In this document: positions 1-13,455 of the stretch, one piece after another
How the letters are laid out: each line of letters begins with the position of its first letter
How positions within the stretch are numbered: position 1 is the stretch's first letter
Assembly (NCBI RefSeq): GCF_009914755.1
Contig: NC_060925.1
Origin: the human T2T-CHM13v2.0 reference genome, Homo sapiens
Length of the DNA stretch: 64,000 nt
Direction: 5' to 3' (one strand)
Made by a program: the position numbers and the translations under genes
Notes under the pieces: generated by a model
Database searches by the model: none
What the model saw: the letters and a program-made list of their open reading frames with translations, nothing else
What the model was told of the DNA's origin: nothing

Positions 1-517
1 AATTCTGCTAAGTAACCACTAAAGCAGAAATCAGAATTGTATCTTTTGTGTCAGAAATTAGATTTTTAATGTGAACTGCTTCTGTGCCCATTTAATGAAG
101 AAACTGGTTGACTAGACGAACAATGTCAATATTTAAGACAGTGCATGCAAGAAGGGGCACCTCAGCTATCACGTACAGGTACAGCAGAGAATAAAAGATC
201 TGCATTTAAAGCACTCTTGTGCCTAAGAAAAAGTGACAGTGAACATGAGTCCAGGAAGGGCAGTCCAGGACACTGGCTGTTACCAGCTATGAACTAATAT
301 CTAAGCCAAATGGATCCACTGGGGGCGGGGTCTGTAGTGGAGAGGGTTCCTGAGCTTCCAGTTAAATACTATTACACAAAGGTCCACCATATCAATTTGG
401 GGAAAGATGAATAAATGGTTCTTTCTTTTTTCAAGTAAAGTGGCTCTTATGGTCATCTCATATTACAAAGAAAACAAAAATTCACTTAAACTTCATCTGC
501 AATAACTGACAACTCAC

Positions 518-628
518 CTCATCTTTCTCATTCTTTAGTAGCTGATGCAAATTCCTGTTCTTACATTGTAACTGTCTGTCTCTTTCCTGAAGCCCAATCA
601 TTTCCCTCCTGGAGGTTTCCAGTTGTTC
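518..628 (-). CDS. SSX2IP: SSX2IP coding exon 4 (aa 143-179, [37 protein letters not shown])
   Basis: Acceptor tttag|GAACAA and donor GAG|gtgagt. 111 nt in frame, coiled-coil-like peptide; not in the ORF track. The gene continues beyond position 1. Confidence 0.95.
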
Positions 629-1544
629 CTAAAACATTTATAAGCAATTTTGCTTAAAATTAATAAAGGATTTAGAATAACTGAATCCTTAAAAGATCAG
701 TAACAAGAAGTTATACATCCTAGTGTTTATTAGTCAAAATCAAATGTTAGTGGCACATGAAATGTTTATTTAAAGGAATTATTACAAAGCACACTATAAA
801 ATAACATTTAAACTTACACATCAAATTTTAATCTACATATCAAATTTTGTACACATATACAAAAGTGCTTCAAAATGGATCCCTGGAAAGAGCATCACTC
901 CATGATGCTGCCCCTGAATATTTTTAAAGTTTATTTTTAATACTTTTTAACACTTCTATACCACACTTTTGAAGATCTCCTCAAGTACAGCAATGTCATC
1001 ATCCTTCGAGAGTATACTTGGCTTTGAAAAAGAAGCAAAAGTGATTTGGAGCTAAGTCTGAAGAAAAAGATGGGTGACCAAGCAAAGTGGCAACACATCA
1101 AGTCACAGAAATGGGACTTCTGTGTGACACCACTTCTCCCTGCAAGTGGTAAAGTCTCTGAAGGTACTTCCCAGAGCGGAATGGCAGCAAAGCCAGAATT
1201 AGTATGAAACAAGATGCTCCTTTTCAACTTATCGCATCTGAGGAACTGTGCCGAGTTCTGCATGAGGCCACCCATATGGAATATTTTTAAAATTGTACTA
1301 ATATTTTTATAAAATTCAAAAGCCAATCAAATTATGTCTTAACCGACCATAAATAATAACTTGCACAATTTCTGTAAGAACAGATCTCAAGAAGGTACAG
1401 AAAATGTAGGAGTATAACCTGGATAACTCTAAGGTTGTCAGTTTTTGGCACCCTTTTTTTTTGAATGTGTAAAACTTACTACTAGGGTAGATCAGTTGGC
1501 ATGACATAACTTACAGGCACTAGGCCAGGTGATATGTAGCATAT

Positions 1545-2405
1545 ATGTCAAATCAGAAATTCACTCAGCATGATTATCAACACTTTACCTGAACTCAGCA
1601 CCACCCCTGAACATCTGCACACACCCCTCCTTCCTTTCTTAGTGAATCACATCGCCATCCTCAGTAACTCAAGGCAGAAACCTGAATGGGGTCTTGAATC
1701 CATGACCCCTAGTCTCCAATTCAATTTTTCATAAAATCCTACCCATTCTACTTCTTAAGTGTTCGTCAGATCTCAATCTTACTTACTATTCCCATTAGCA
1801 CTACCTTAGTTCAAGTCCAAAACCTCAGCAAAGGGTCGCTAACAGGCATCTTTATCACCAGGGCTTTCTGAGCCCCCTAACTCCATCCCAAATACAAGTC
1901 TGCAATTCCCCTATAATTTCTCCACCCCACTGCCAGAATATTTACACATTGTCTTCCTCCTGTTTACAACTCCTCAGTGCTTCCCTGTTTTTGTACAATT
2001 CCTTTTACACCATCAGGAGATGAGGCTCCAGCCTTACCTCATACCACTCTTCATACCATCACATACCCATCGCAGCCCCAACAGAGATATTTGTGGTTCC
2101 TCTAAAGTGCAGTGATCTCTTATGCTGCTACGCATTTACACAAGTCATATACTCTGCCTAGAATGACATTTCCAAACACTAGCAAATTTCTACTCATTCT
2201 TCCAATCTCAGATCAGGTGTTACCTCTCCATGAAGCCTTCCCTTGCGTCCTACCCCAAGAACAATTAATGAAGCAAACAGTTATGTTTCAATATGTCTCC
2301 TTTCCCTGGACTGCAATCTCCTCGTGACCTAGGACTGGGGTTTCACTCATCTTTGAAACTCAGTGCCTAGCATATACTCAATAAATTTTGTTCAACAAGT
2401 TGGAT
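1545..2405 (+). mobile_element. L2 LINE 3' fragment (degenerate)
   Basis: CT-rich L2-like sequence ending in cagtgcctagcatatactcaataaattttgtt. Confidence 0.6.
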
Positions 2406-4074
2406 TAATCATATGCTAGATCTAGAAACTTTTCCAGATAGATTGGCAGCTTTCCCCACTGAATACACATTTCTGTCCATAGTTGACCCAAAATAACAAG
2501 ATTCTGGCCCAGGTCAAATCCCATATTAGAAGACATCCTGAAGAAACAGTCTCTGCTCTGGGTAGTCCTAATAAATGGGACCACTCCTTGAAGTAAAGGC
2601 TCAATAGCCTCAGATCACCAACATATCATAATGATTTACTAGCTACTTATAAGACATGTGGCCAAGGGTTACAACTCTGCATCAGCCCAGTACTTAATAA
2701 GACCTTCCATAGGTCTCTCTGATCTGGATTAAAGTAGCATCCATAACTCATAACCTTTTCACAAGCCTAGGGGGCACCAAATACCCTCTCCAATCTACCA
2801 CAGTTCCCCAGTCAGCCAAGACACATAGCTGGATCATCTTTATCCCTTAGGAATATAAGATGCACAAAAGCCTAAAAACATTATTAAGAGAAAACACACT
2901 TTTATCATTGTGTATGAACCAAGAAGACAACATAAGACAGCATTATCAATGACAGGATGGTAGGCACAGGTGCTCGTAAAGAGCAAAGATGTCTCTAAAC
3001 CAATCCCCAAGTGTTTCTAGTGTTCCCATGTAGGCCAACTCTATGCCACATCATTACAGCACATTTCCTGCTAGGGGGTTTTTAAATATTCTATAGACAG
3101 GTCCTATTATTCCCTCACAGAGCTCAAAGATTCAAGATTCTGAGTGGGTTTTTTTTATTGTTTTCTTAGATGGCGTGGGGTGGGGGAGGATGTACACAAA
3201 GAAAAATAAGGAAAAGTAAACGGGCATGGACCAACAGATGAAAAACTAAAAGAAAGCTGATCATCTGACAGTATGCAAATGCAAAGGCTTTGATTTTCAC
3301 AAATAACAAAACCCAATATAGAATTGTATATTTAGGAAAAAATTTGACTTGGATTGATTTATATTATACCCTTAATAATATACAACTATAAGTCCCAACC
3401 ACCCCACGATTTTGAACACCTTGTTCCCTTCTCCTTGGATAAACATTTTAAAAATAAAAATGAAAACATAAAAGGAAGAAAAAGAAAGAAATCAAAATAG
3501 AAACCAGCATCAAATATTCTACATTTTAAAGTTAGTAGGTTCAATGGTCCTGTGAAAAATACTTCCTTTTTTTTTTAAGAGAAAAGCAAGTTTACTAAAG
3601 CATTTTTCTATAGTCTTTTCCAGAGACCCAGGGCTTCTAAGGGAAGTTATCTAGTCTGATTTAATTATTGAGCCTTAGCTCATTTGGCATCACAGATGCC
3701 TCAATAATATTTTTCTTGGAATTAACCTGTGCAGCCTCTTACAATAAGACTTTTAAATGAAGCATATACTTTCTTAACCAAGATTGGATGGGGTGACAGA
3801 ATTGTTATTTTATTTTCCCAGAGCATAAATATTTCCTAATCTAACTTTTTACAGATTCGGCAAGTCATTAAACAGCTCAAAAAATTAATGCCTTCAATAT
3901 ACTGTAGGTATTAGGAAGCAGATGTGTGTAAATTATAAGTTCACTTTTACTTACCTGTTTAAAAAGAAAACCCTAAAGCTTAAGAAAACCCTGAAATATT
4001 TAATAAAGTCAGTAAAAATTTATAGTACTCAATTATATAATTATGGCATTAAAATATGGATCTGCAATTTCTAC

Positions 4075-4287
4075 CTTAAGTTTTGAGTAGCAGCTCTGTA
4101 GATGGTCCATATCACTTCCCAGCTTCAAATTCTGTGTCTCCACATTTTCCTGAGCTAGAAGGTTCTTCCGCTGAAGCACAAGCAGCTCATTCATACAATT
4201 TAGTACAGCTACTATATTTAACTCTCTCTTTGTCTCTTTACCTTTGGATTCTTCATATAATGAAGGAAAACCAAAAGTAGTCAATTC
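4075..4287 (-). CDS. SSX2IP: SSX2IP coding exon 3 (aa 72-142, [13 protein letters not shown]...SCYSKLK; ADIP domain, start of coiled coil)
   Basis: Acceptor tttctcctaccag|GAATTG and donor AAG|gtagaa. 213 nt, phase 0/0. Overlaps ORF 4033..4284. Confidence 0.96.
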
Positions 4288-4321
4288 CTGGTAGGAGAAA
4301 ATGTTTTCTTAAAGTTGGTTA

Positions 4322-4582
4322 CAGTTGAGGAGATACTGGTCAGAGGATACAAACTTTCAGTTAGATAGGAAGAATAAGTTTAATAGATCTATTGTACAAC
4401 ACGGTGACCTCAGCTAATAACTACGTACTATATTCCTGAAATTGCTGAGCAAGTAAATTCTCACCACAAAAAATGATATAAGTATGGGAGGTATGCACAC
4501 TGAGCCATTTCACAATGTGTATTATGAAACATCATGTTGAACATGACAAATATATATAATTTTTGTCAAAAATTAAAAATAA
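4322..4582 (+). mobile_element. L1MA/L1MB 3' UTR fragment
   Basis: ggatacaaactttcagttagataggaagaataagtt...tatatataatttttgtcaa is typical of old L1 3' ends. Confidence 0.7.
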
Positions 4583-5039
4583 ATGTGAATTATTTTAAAA
4601 GGTTGGTTACTGGGCAACTTAGTAAAAAAAAAATCAAAAGATAGAAATCTTTTCTTAGAAAAATAGAAAACTATCTTGAAATAGTTAAGAAAATGGTCAA
4701 TATCCCAAAGGACAAAGAGTTAAGAGGACGGGGCTCTTTTAGTCTCTGCTATAAATCTGTGACATGGAGCAAGGCACTTGGGTTTCTGCATCCATAAAGT
4801 GATGGCTGGACTCTCAGTGGAGGAGCCCCTGGGACAATGAGGAGGCCAAGGTGCTCCACACAAAAAAGTTAGACTTGCTATCTCTAGATGAGATAATCAC
4901 CAAGGTTCTCTGAAAATCTAAGTCTCAGGGGCACTACATAAACAACAAACTTGTGTTTGACAAATGTTTTTCTCATAATTTTGATACATTCTATTATATA
5001 ACATGATTTATGCTACTGTTTTTTACAAAAACATGTTAC

Positions 5040-5209
5040 CTGATCAAGATATGAGATACTCTGTTCAATATTATCTTCTGTGCAGAAGGCACTGAAAAAA
5101 CTGTGCACATTTTTCGATAAAGGTATTGAAGAACATAGCACTTGCTGTGAGTATAAACTTGATGGAGACATCTTTGTTTCTGAGGTATATTGAGAGATAG
5201 TTTTGCTTT
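5040..5209 (-). CDS. SSX2IP: SSX2IP coding exon 2 (aa 15-71, [18 protein letters not shown]...SISYLDQ)
   Basis: Acceptor tattctttcag|AAAGC and donor CAG|gtaaca. 170 nt, which restores phase 0 (43+170=213). Overlaps ORF 5013..5228. Confidence 0.96.
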
Positions 5210-5570
5210 CTGAAAGAATAAAAGGCATCTATATAAATAATTTAGAAAAACGTATGTAAAGCTAACATAATCGCCATTACTAAAGACTTTGAATTACATA
5301 TATACATATAAACATAGATATAATATATACATACATATTTTAAGGTATTTTCAAATTAGGGCAAAGCCTCTTTATGAAAATGATATACTTTTTTTTCCAA
5401 AAAGATACAAATACAGTGGTGTTCTCAGTAGACATGAAAATAAGTATTTTACAACGATTTGTCTCTCTTTAGTCACATCTTCAACATCTGCAGTAATTAT
5501 TTTATATTTTCATTGAAAAATTCACCTTTACAGTTTCTGCTTTTGTTTACAATTATTTAGACTTAATTAC

Positions 5571-5613
5571 CTGAAGACAGACCTGGATCTGTAACAGTCA
5601 TCCAATCTCCCAT
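5571..5613 (-). CDS. SSX2IP: SSX2IP first coding segment (aa 1-14 plus 1 nt: MGDWMTVTDPGLSS), part of exon 5571-5702
   Basis: Minus strand reads gctATGGGAGATTGGATGACTGTTACAGATCCAGGTCTGTCTTCAG|gtaatt. Strong Kozak context (G-3, G+4). Matches the SSX2IP N-terminus as I recall it; 43 nt, phase 1. Confidence 0.95.
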
Positions 5614-5702
5614 AGCAATCTCTAGAGCCAGGATACCTGAGGAACTAGTTCAGCAGTTAAACATTTAGTCTAGCTGCTGTCACTCTTCTATGTAGGCATC
5701 TC
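5614..5702 (-). other. SSX2IP: SSX2IP 5'UTR portion (89 nt) of the start-codon exon
   Basis: Acceptor tgctttttaag|GAGATG at 5703/5702, continuous with the ATG at 5613. Confidence 0.85.
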
Positions 5703-7111
5703 CTTAAAAAGCAGATTATAGAATAATAGCATCTAATTTAAAATATGAAAGCCAATATAAACCCAATGCTTAAGAATTAGTTGTATGTGCTTCAAAACAG
5801 AAGGATTTTGCAATACCTATTCCCATGCACAGATATAGAACATGGTGTGTGTATATACATAGAAATATAAATAATATGTAAGGATCAAGGTTAAAGGCTT
5901 CCCAAGTTCTACTGAGGTATTCATATTACTTTATATACAAGATACATGGTACACGATTTGACTCAACATACATCTAAGGTATAGCATTGTACTAAGTAAT
6001 ATTTCTATATTATATCCTCTAAAATAAAATACAATTATATAGATAAGATGATGAAAAACTTCTTCTTGGCCAGCATTTTCATTTTTGTTTGTTTTTACCA
6101 ACTATATTGGCAAAACTTGTAAATTACAATTCCCAGTGTTGGCAAAGATGTAGAGAAATGAAACTTCCATATACTCCCTCCAGATTATAGCAATTTACAC
6201 TACTACCAAGAAAGCTGACAATATGTTTCAAGTCTTAAAATATATTTTGATCCAGAAAATCTACTTCAAAAATATTATCCTAATAAAATGCTGTGTACAA
6301 AGATAATCTAAAATGTTATTTACAATATCAAAAGAACAAAAATAATGTGTTTATGTTTCCATAGAAGAATGAGTAAATAAACAATATATTTATACAGCAT
6401 TTAAACGTAACTGTGTGGAATTAGGATGGCAAACAAACAGCCAAAACTACAAATGAATGGTATGGACTAAGTATAAGACACCTTTTCTGTTTTCATTTAT
6501 GTTTTCACTTTTTTATAGAGACAATGGAAGAGATAAATATTTCTCCATCATAAGAAAAACAATTCAAATGAAATTGTAAGTGGCAACTGGCAATTGATTT
6601 CAAGGTCAGGGGGAAGAGGAGGAAGGGTGAAGACTGCAGGCAGCCTGGGGAACACATGTCAATACTGTGGACAGCTGCTTCTCGGCTACAATAAGTTGTG
6701 GTCAAGGGGAAAGCGGTTGTGTTGATCTTTGATGTTTTTATGAGATACTGGAACTCTGAATTTTTATGTGAAGTCTCCCAATTTTAAAATGCTAGTAGCT
6801 AATTAAAAAAAAAAAAAACTCTATGTATTAAGTTATCCTGTGGGAAAGGGGAGTGGCTAGAGAAGGAAATGAGTGAGTCTGGGGTGCCAAAACTTTTTAC
6901 ATCTTGATCTGAGATGTGGTTATACTGGTACACACAAGATCAGTTCATCAAGTTGTACACTTAAGATCTGTGCACTTGACTGTAAGTTATACCTCAAACA
7001 ACAGCACTATGTAATAAGCCAAATAAAATGTGTCTTTAGGCCAGATCTGGACTGTGGATCAAGAGTTCACAACCACAGTTCTGAATATTTAAGACTGTGG
7101 TAAAATATTCA

Positions 7112-7428
<317 letters not shown>

Positions 7429-7434
7429 ATTTAT

Positions 7435-8180
7435 ATTCATCCAATAAATACTAATTGAGCTCCTACTATGTGCTACTACGTTTTCCTAGGCACAGGGGAG
7501 GCCATGTTCTCAAGAAGTGAAGTTCATATTCTGATGGAGATAGAAATAAATACTAAACAAATGAGCAACAACTTAACAGAGTGATAACTAAAAAGAAAAT
7601 AAAACATGGTAATATGAGAGAGTATTAAGGTAGGGAGCATCTAGATCAGTGAGAAAACCTCCACTGAAACGGTGACATCTGAAGTGAAACCTAAATGATA
7701 CGGAGTCAGCCGCAAGAAAATCAATGACCAGAGCAGCCCAGGTAAAGGAAACAGCAGATACAAAGACTTATGATGGATATTAATGTGTTAACGATGAAAA
7801 ACAGAGAGAAGGCCAGTATATTTGAAGCACAGTAAGCAAGGCTACAGCGTAGGAAGTCGGATTTCCTCTAAACTGCAATGAAAATCTATTGATGTGTTTC
7901 TTGTAGGTAGGAAAGTAGCATGTTCTCTTTTATGCTTTAAGAAAGATTACTGTGGCTACTCTGTGAGTAGACTATAGGTAGGCAATTGTAGAAGCTGGAA
8001 GAAATCAGGAGGCTACTACAATAGTTCAGGCAAGATGACCAGTGTTAAACTACAGTTCTAACAGTGGAAGCAGAAACAGGCAGATGAATTAGGGATGTGT
8101 TCTGGAGACAGAACCTTCAGAACTCAAAGATGGATTGAAATGTGGGCAAAAAAGAAATCAAGGATGATTTCTAAGTTGTA
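7435..8180 (-). mobile_element. L2 LINE fragment
   Basis: Begins with attcatccaataaatactaattgagctcctactatgtgc (reverse of the L2 3' end), followed by a GA-rich body. Confidence 0.65.
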
Positions 8181-9791
8181 GAGAAGCATATAATATATAC
8201 TAAGACAGATGATGTTACATGTCATATTACATGTTATGATGTTACACACACACACAGACACAGGAGGTAATTCAGTCTGGCAATGGTCTTTTGCCACTTT
8301 TCTACTCATGTGCTTGGTAAGGAAGGGCACCTTGAACTATTTTGTTCTTCCCACTGTCCTTAAATGGGTATTAGCAACAGGATGAGAAGGATAAAGACTG
8401 TACCAACTAAGAAAGACACTGATTTTACTTCTAGCTTTCTGAGATAATCACTATAAGTAAAACAGAATCCAAGGGACAATAAACCTATTCTAATAGAACT
8501 CTGCTTTGGGTAAATTCCTTAACCTCTCTGAGCCATACCTCTCTGATAAATTACCGTAACAATGAAGCATACCTCCTAAGTTTCCCAAGAGATAAGGTAT
8601 AATGTACTTATCCCAAGAGATAAGTCATAAAGTATTTAGCACACTGCTTGGCATAGAAGACACACATAAGCTAATATTAATCATCATCATCATTATTATC
8701 TAGACACAGGGCTATTTGGTATAAATGACAGGCTTCTAAAACCTATAACAAAATGTACCGCTGCTCTTAATAAAGGTTGAACACATATTCTTAAATGATC
8801 TAGAGACAGATATCTTTATAAAAACACAGTAAGCAGTGAGCTAATTTCATAATCAACTGGTTGGGGGGAAAAAACAAGGTCAGAAGAAAACAGTAATAGG
8901 CACCTTTCCAATTTGTGTTCTTGTTAAGGTATTTGTAAGTAAGACAATAGTGCCTTAAGTGTCTTTTCTCCTTATACAGAAAGAACACCAAAATGTGTCT
9001 ATTATATATCCATTCTTTAAAACTGTAAGTCAGTTATTCTCTCTGCGAATTTGGCTCTCCTGTCTATAGATTAGACAGTGAATTGTTCCCTGCCCTATTA
9101 ATACCAACAAACTTTGTAAAATGTTTACAATGAAAACCAAAACCCCATTTTGAAGTCCTATGAAACAAAAAACTTAACTAACAGTATATGATTTCACACA
9201 ATCTAAAAGCTTCCATGAATGCTCTTCTGTTCAATGATGTACCAATTACATGCTAGGAGACTTGCGATATAAGAAAAGTTACCCGACCAGTTTTTCCAAG
9301 AAAGGGGACTTACGACTCTTTATCAATACATACCCTAAACTAAGCAGTGAATTTAAGCATATTATTGTATTTCAGCTCAAATATAGCTAAAACTGCCTTG
9401 CTGAAGGTTGCAAAGCATTTTTTATGAAGATGTTAAGCTAATTCAATGTTAATTTCAAAAGCAAAAGAAAAAGGTAACAGAACCATATCTGTTTTGCATA
9501 AATATAATACCATCACAAGCCCATTTCAATTTGAAAGCATCAAATGCAACCAAGAAGGACTCCATTACAAAGTCAGTGCAGGAACACACGTTCATATTAT
9601 AGATTAATCAAATAATAGTAAGCCATTGTATAGTGGACATGATTATTCCTCACAACTGGATGAGAACAAACTTAGTTTTCTAGCACTGTTACCATAGTTA
9701 CCTTAGGAGAAAAAAGTAAGCAGTGATTCATGTTTTAGTTCAAGTAATGTGTAACCTAAAATTCTATCTATTAATATGATTGGTTAGAGTA

Positions 9792-10474
9792 TGTGAAAGG
9801 CAAGTAAGTCTTGGGACCCTGAAATCACTAAGCCAAAGGGAAAAGTCAAGCTGGGAACTGCATCAGGCAAACCAGCCTCCCATTTTATTCCTAAATAAAA
9901 TAGCTACAAAGATTAAAAAGCTACATTTGTCCAAAATTCCTTGTGGGCCTCAAGGTTTTTACCCTAAAACAGTTCTGTTGGATTTCACTCTTGCAGTGTA
10001 AGCTGATAGCTTATTTTCCAACGTGTGGGACAAAGGACAGAACTCAAAGTTATCCCTCTGCTTACCTGAGACAAATGCACATCTGATTGCTTCCTATGCC
10101 CTATTATTTACGTAAAAATGCAGATTCAATGAACCAGACTAAGGTCTAAGTGGCTATTCCTCTACTTCCCTCTCACATGTAAATTGCGTATTCAGTGAAA
10201 GGCTGATCAAAGACCCAAAAGAATGCAACCTTTCAACTCATCTACCTGGGTCCTGGAAGCCCCTGCCCCCCTTTCCCTTCCACTTCAAGTTGTCCCGCCT
10301 TTCCAGACTGAACCAATTAATGTACATCTTACACATACTGACTGATGTCTCATGTCTCCCTAAAATGTATAAAACCAAGCTGTGCCCCAACCACCTTGGA
10401 CACATGTCGTCAGGTCCTCCTGAGGCTGTGTCACAGATGTGTCTTTAACCTTGGCAAAATAAGCTTTCTAAATT
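9792..10474 (+). mobile_element. MER4A-type ERV1 solo LTR, 3'-truncated
   Basis: tgtgaaagg...aaatcactaagccaaagggaaaagtcaagctgggaactg...tgtataaaaccaagctgtgcccc...aaccttggcaaaataagctttctaaatt matches MER4 LTRs and is homologous to the element at 56165-56705. Confidence 0.85.
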
Positions 10475-11092
10475 CCAAGATACAGCTACCCAAATTCCAA
10501 GATGGATCAAATTCATGAGTGAATTTTATGAGCAAACCTTGAACATTAAATAATTAAAATATCTTGTAAAAGGCATTTCATTCATTTAAGATTGTCAGGG
10601 AACAATCTTGAAATACATCAAAGCAAAAGTATAAAGTAATCCATAAATAAGAGACATAGTTTTGTTCATTAGCGGTAGGTAACACGTATATAGCCATCTA
10701 ATAAACTTCCTTGTTCAAAGTACTTCTCAACATAGATTCCAATCAATGTCTTTATACTGTAATAGAAAATCTTATAATACTTTTAGTAAAAGCTTTACCT
10801 TACTACTTTTGAAGTAGTAAGTACTTTTTAAGTATTAGTACACTGTCTTCCCTATATGTCACTATGGGTTGCAAAGTACCAATGCCATACACTTCAGGTA
10901 TAAAATAAGAAAGGGAACTCTGGTCTTTTCTGGGTAAAATCATGCAGAGCTTAAATCTATCATTCCTCATGTCCAAGTGTTTTCTCTTTTGCTTTCTGTA
11001 TTATAGACAGGAACTAGTGCTCAGAGAGATCAACAGGTTTGCCCAAGGTCACATTTCTAATTGGTTGTGAAGCCAGGAGGAAACAAATCTGA

Positions 11093-11418
<326 letters not shown>

Positions 11419-11872
11419 ACTCTGTGCTCTTTTCATTCTATCACTATTCAACCTTTCAACTTTGTACACATAAATCTCTATCGTGCATGCACATCCAACT
11501 GAAAATAGAATATAATCAAAATGATTTCCACTGTTTATTTAGAAGATTGTGTTCTTATAATCCACTTAAAATGAGTCCATTCAGAGCATACAATTCTCAC
11601 TGGAACTTATATACTAATTAAGTTGAGGCATACTTGTAAAATTGGTCTCTGCTTGGCCACAAACAATAGCTTTGTTCTTGTTTATACTTCTCTATCGTAA
11701 ATATCAACACAATATTGAAACTAACTTTATAGACCTTTAGCAAAAACATCTTGTTTTTTCTGGTTAATCACATCTGTTTTTTCCATCAGTAAAGTTCGTT
11801 GGCTAGCTCATCTTTTTCCTTCTACCCCAAAGACGAAGAGGTTCTCAATACACAACAATACCTTGTAGAACT

Positions 11873-12408
11873 TTAGGTAAGCAATCTCTAGGATGGCTCT
11901 CAGTTATTTCTGCCTTCTGGTGGACACGCTCTTGGGTTATTCTGTTCCTTGAGTATGGGCTAGATTTATTGACTAGCTTCCAACAAACAGAATATAGCAG
12001 AAGTGAAGGGATTTCACTTCCAAAATTAGGTTATAAAAAGGCTGTGGCTTCCATTTAAGGTTGTTTTTTTACTTGTTGCCCTCTTAAATCCCTCCTCCTG
12101 GGGAAAACAAGCCATCACGTTGTAAGCAACTCTATGAGAGGTCCGTGTGGCAAGGAACTGACGTCTGAGGTCAGCAGGATCTGAGGCCTGCCAAAAGCCA
12201 TACAAGTGAGTTTAGAACTAGATTTTACCTCATTCAAACCCTGAGATGACTGCAGCCCTGTCCAACACCTTGACAGCCTAGTCAGACACCCTGAGCCAGA
12301 GCACCCAGCTAAGCTGTGCTCAGATTCCTGACTCACCTGTTCTAAGCTGGCTGTTAAAGCTGCTAAATTTCAGAGTAATTTGTTATGAAGCAACAGATAA
12401 CTCATACA
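11873..12408 (+). mobile_element. MLT1 (MLT1F-like) MaLR LTR
   Basis: Ends with gtaatttgttatgaagcaacagataactcataca; internal gatgactgcagccctg...cccagctaagc motifs. Confidence 0.75.
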
Positions 12409-13455
12409 AGTTTTTAAGTATGTATATTAAATATACATAAATTTCTTGAGAAATTTCGGAGTCCCTTCTAAAACTTAAACCATAATTTACTGAAACATAA
12501 CTAAAAATGATGCCATACACTACAAATGCCACTGATCAGGTTTTTAACAATGATATCATCCAGTATTACAATTAATCATTCTATAGTATTATGGTTAGAT
12601 GTCTTCCCGACTAGTTTATGAACTTCTAGAGGGCAGGGAATGTCTGCATCTTTGCAGCCAACAGTACCTGAAACATAGCAGGTGCTCAGTAAATGTTTAC
12701 AATATGAACCGAGTCCCACTTGTGGCACACTCACTTCAGCCTCTGTGCCTCCACCTGTGCTTTCTTCTTGCACGTATTTCAAAACTAATGCTTTTACAAA
12801 ACAGTGCACAACCGCCATCCCCATCACATAACCTTCTCCAACTACTCCAGCCCACAAAGCTCAATCTCTAAGCCCTCCATATACTTATTGGTTTGTTTCA
12901 TCTTTCCCAACCACACTCTCAAGTACCACACATTTTACATTTCTGTATCCCCTCCCTCCCACTAAGCTTAAAGGATGGCATAATCAATGAATACTCAAAT
13001 AACTGATAACAAATTAACATGTTCATTCTGGCAGGTGGAGGTGGAGAAAGGAAAAGAGCAATGGAAAAGTAGCAAAAGAAGAGTCAATCCTTTACAGAAA
13101 AGAATTACTCTCAATTCCCATTTGTCTTGTCCTCTTCACCCCCAAATCTCTGCAACTACAAACTGAAAGAGAGCTCTGCAGAAACACAGTATTCTGATTA
13201 CAAGATTTCCCTCACAAAGTACAGTACTTTAAGTGTTCTTTTCAAGGTCACTTGAAAGTCAAACTTGAGAAGGTACAATTGCCTACCTACTCAGAATTCT
13301 AAAACAATTTCAGTCGACAGAAAATAATAGCTTTCCATTATAGAGGGACATGGTAACTTTACACCATCTGGGCTTCTAAATATTGCACAGAATTTTTCAC
13401 AAATAGAGCTAACTGAAGTCTTTGCTAAAATCTCACAAAGTTAGAGTTACCACAC

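Noticed and set aside
316-330. ccactgggggcgg as a CTCF site
   Set aside because: Lacks the conserved AG of the core; better read as a lone GC box.
937-1326. 129-aa minus-strand ORF in an SSX2IP intron
   Set aside because: No recognisable homology, and not needed for the SSX2IP frame, which joins 4075 to 628 cleanly.
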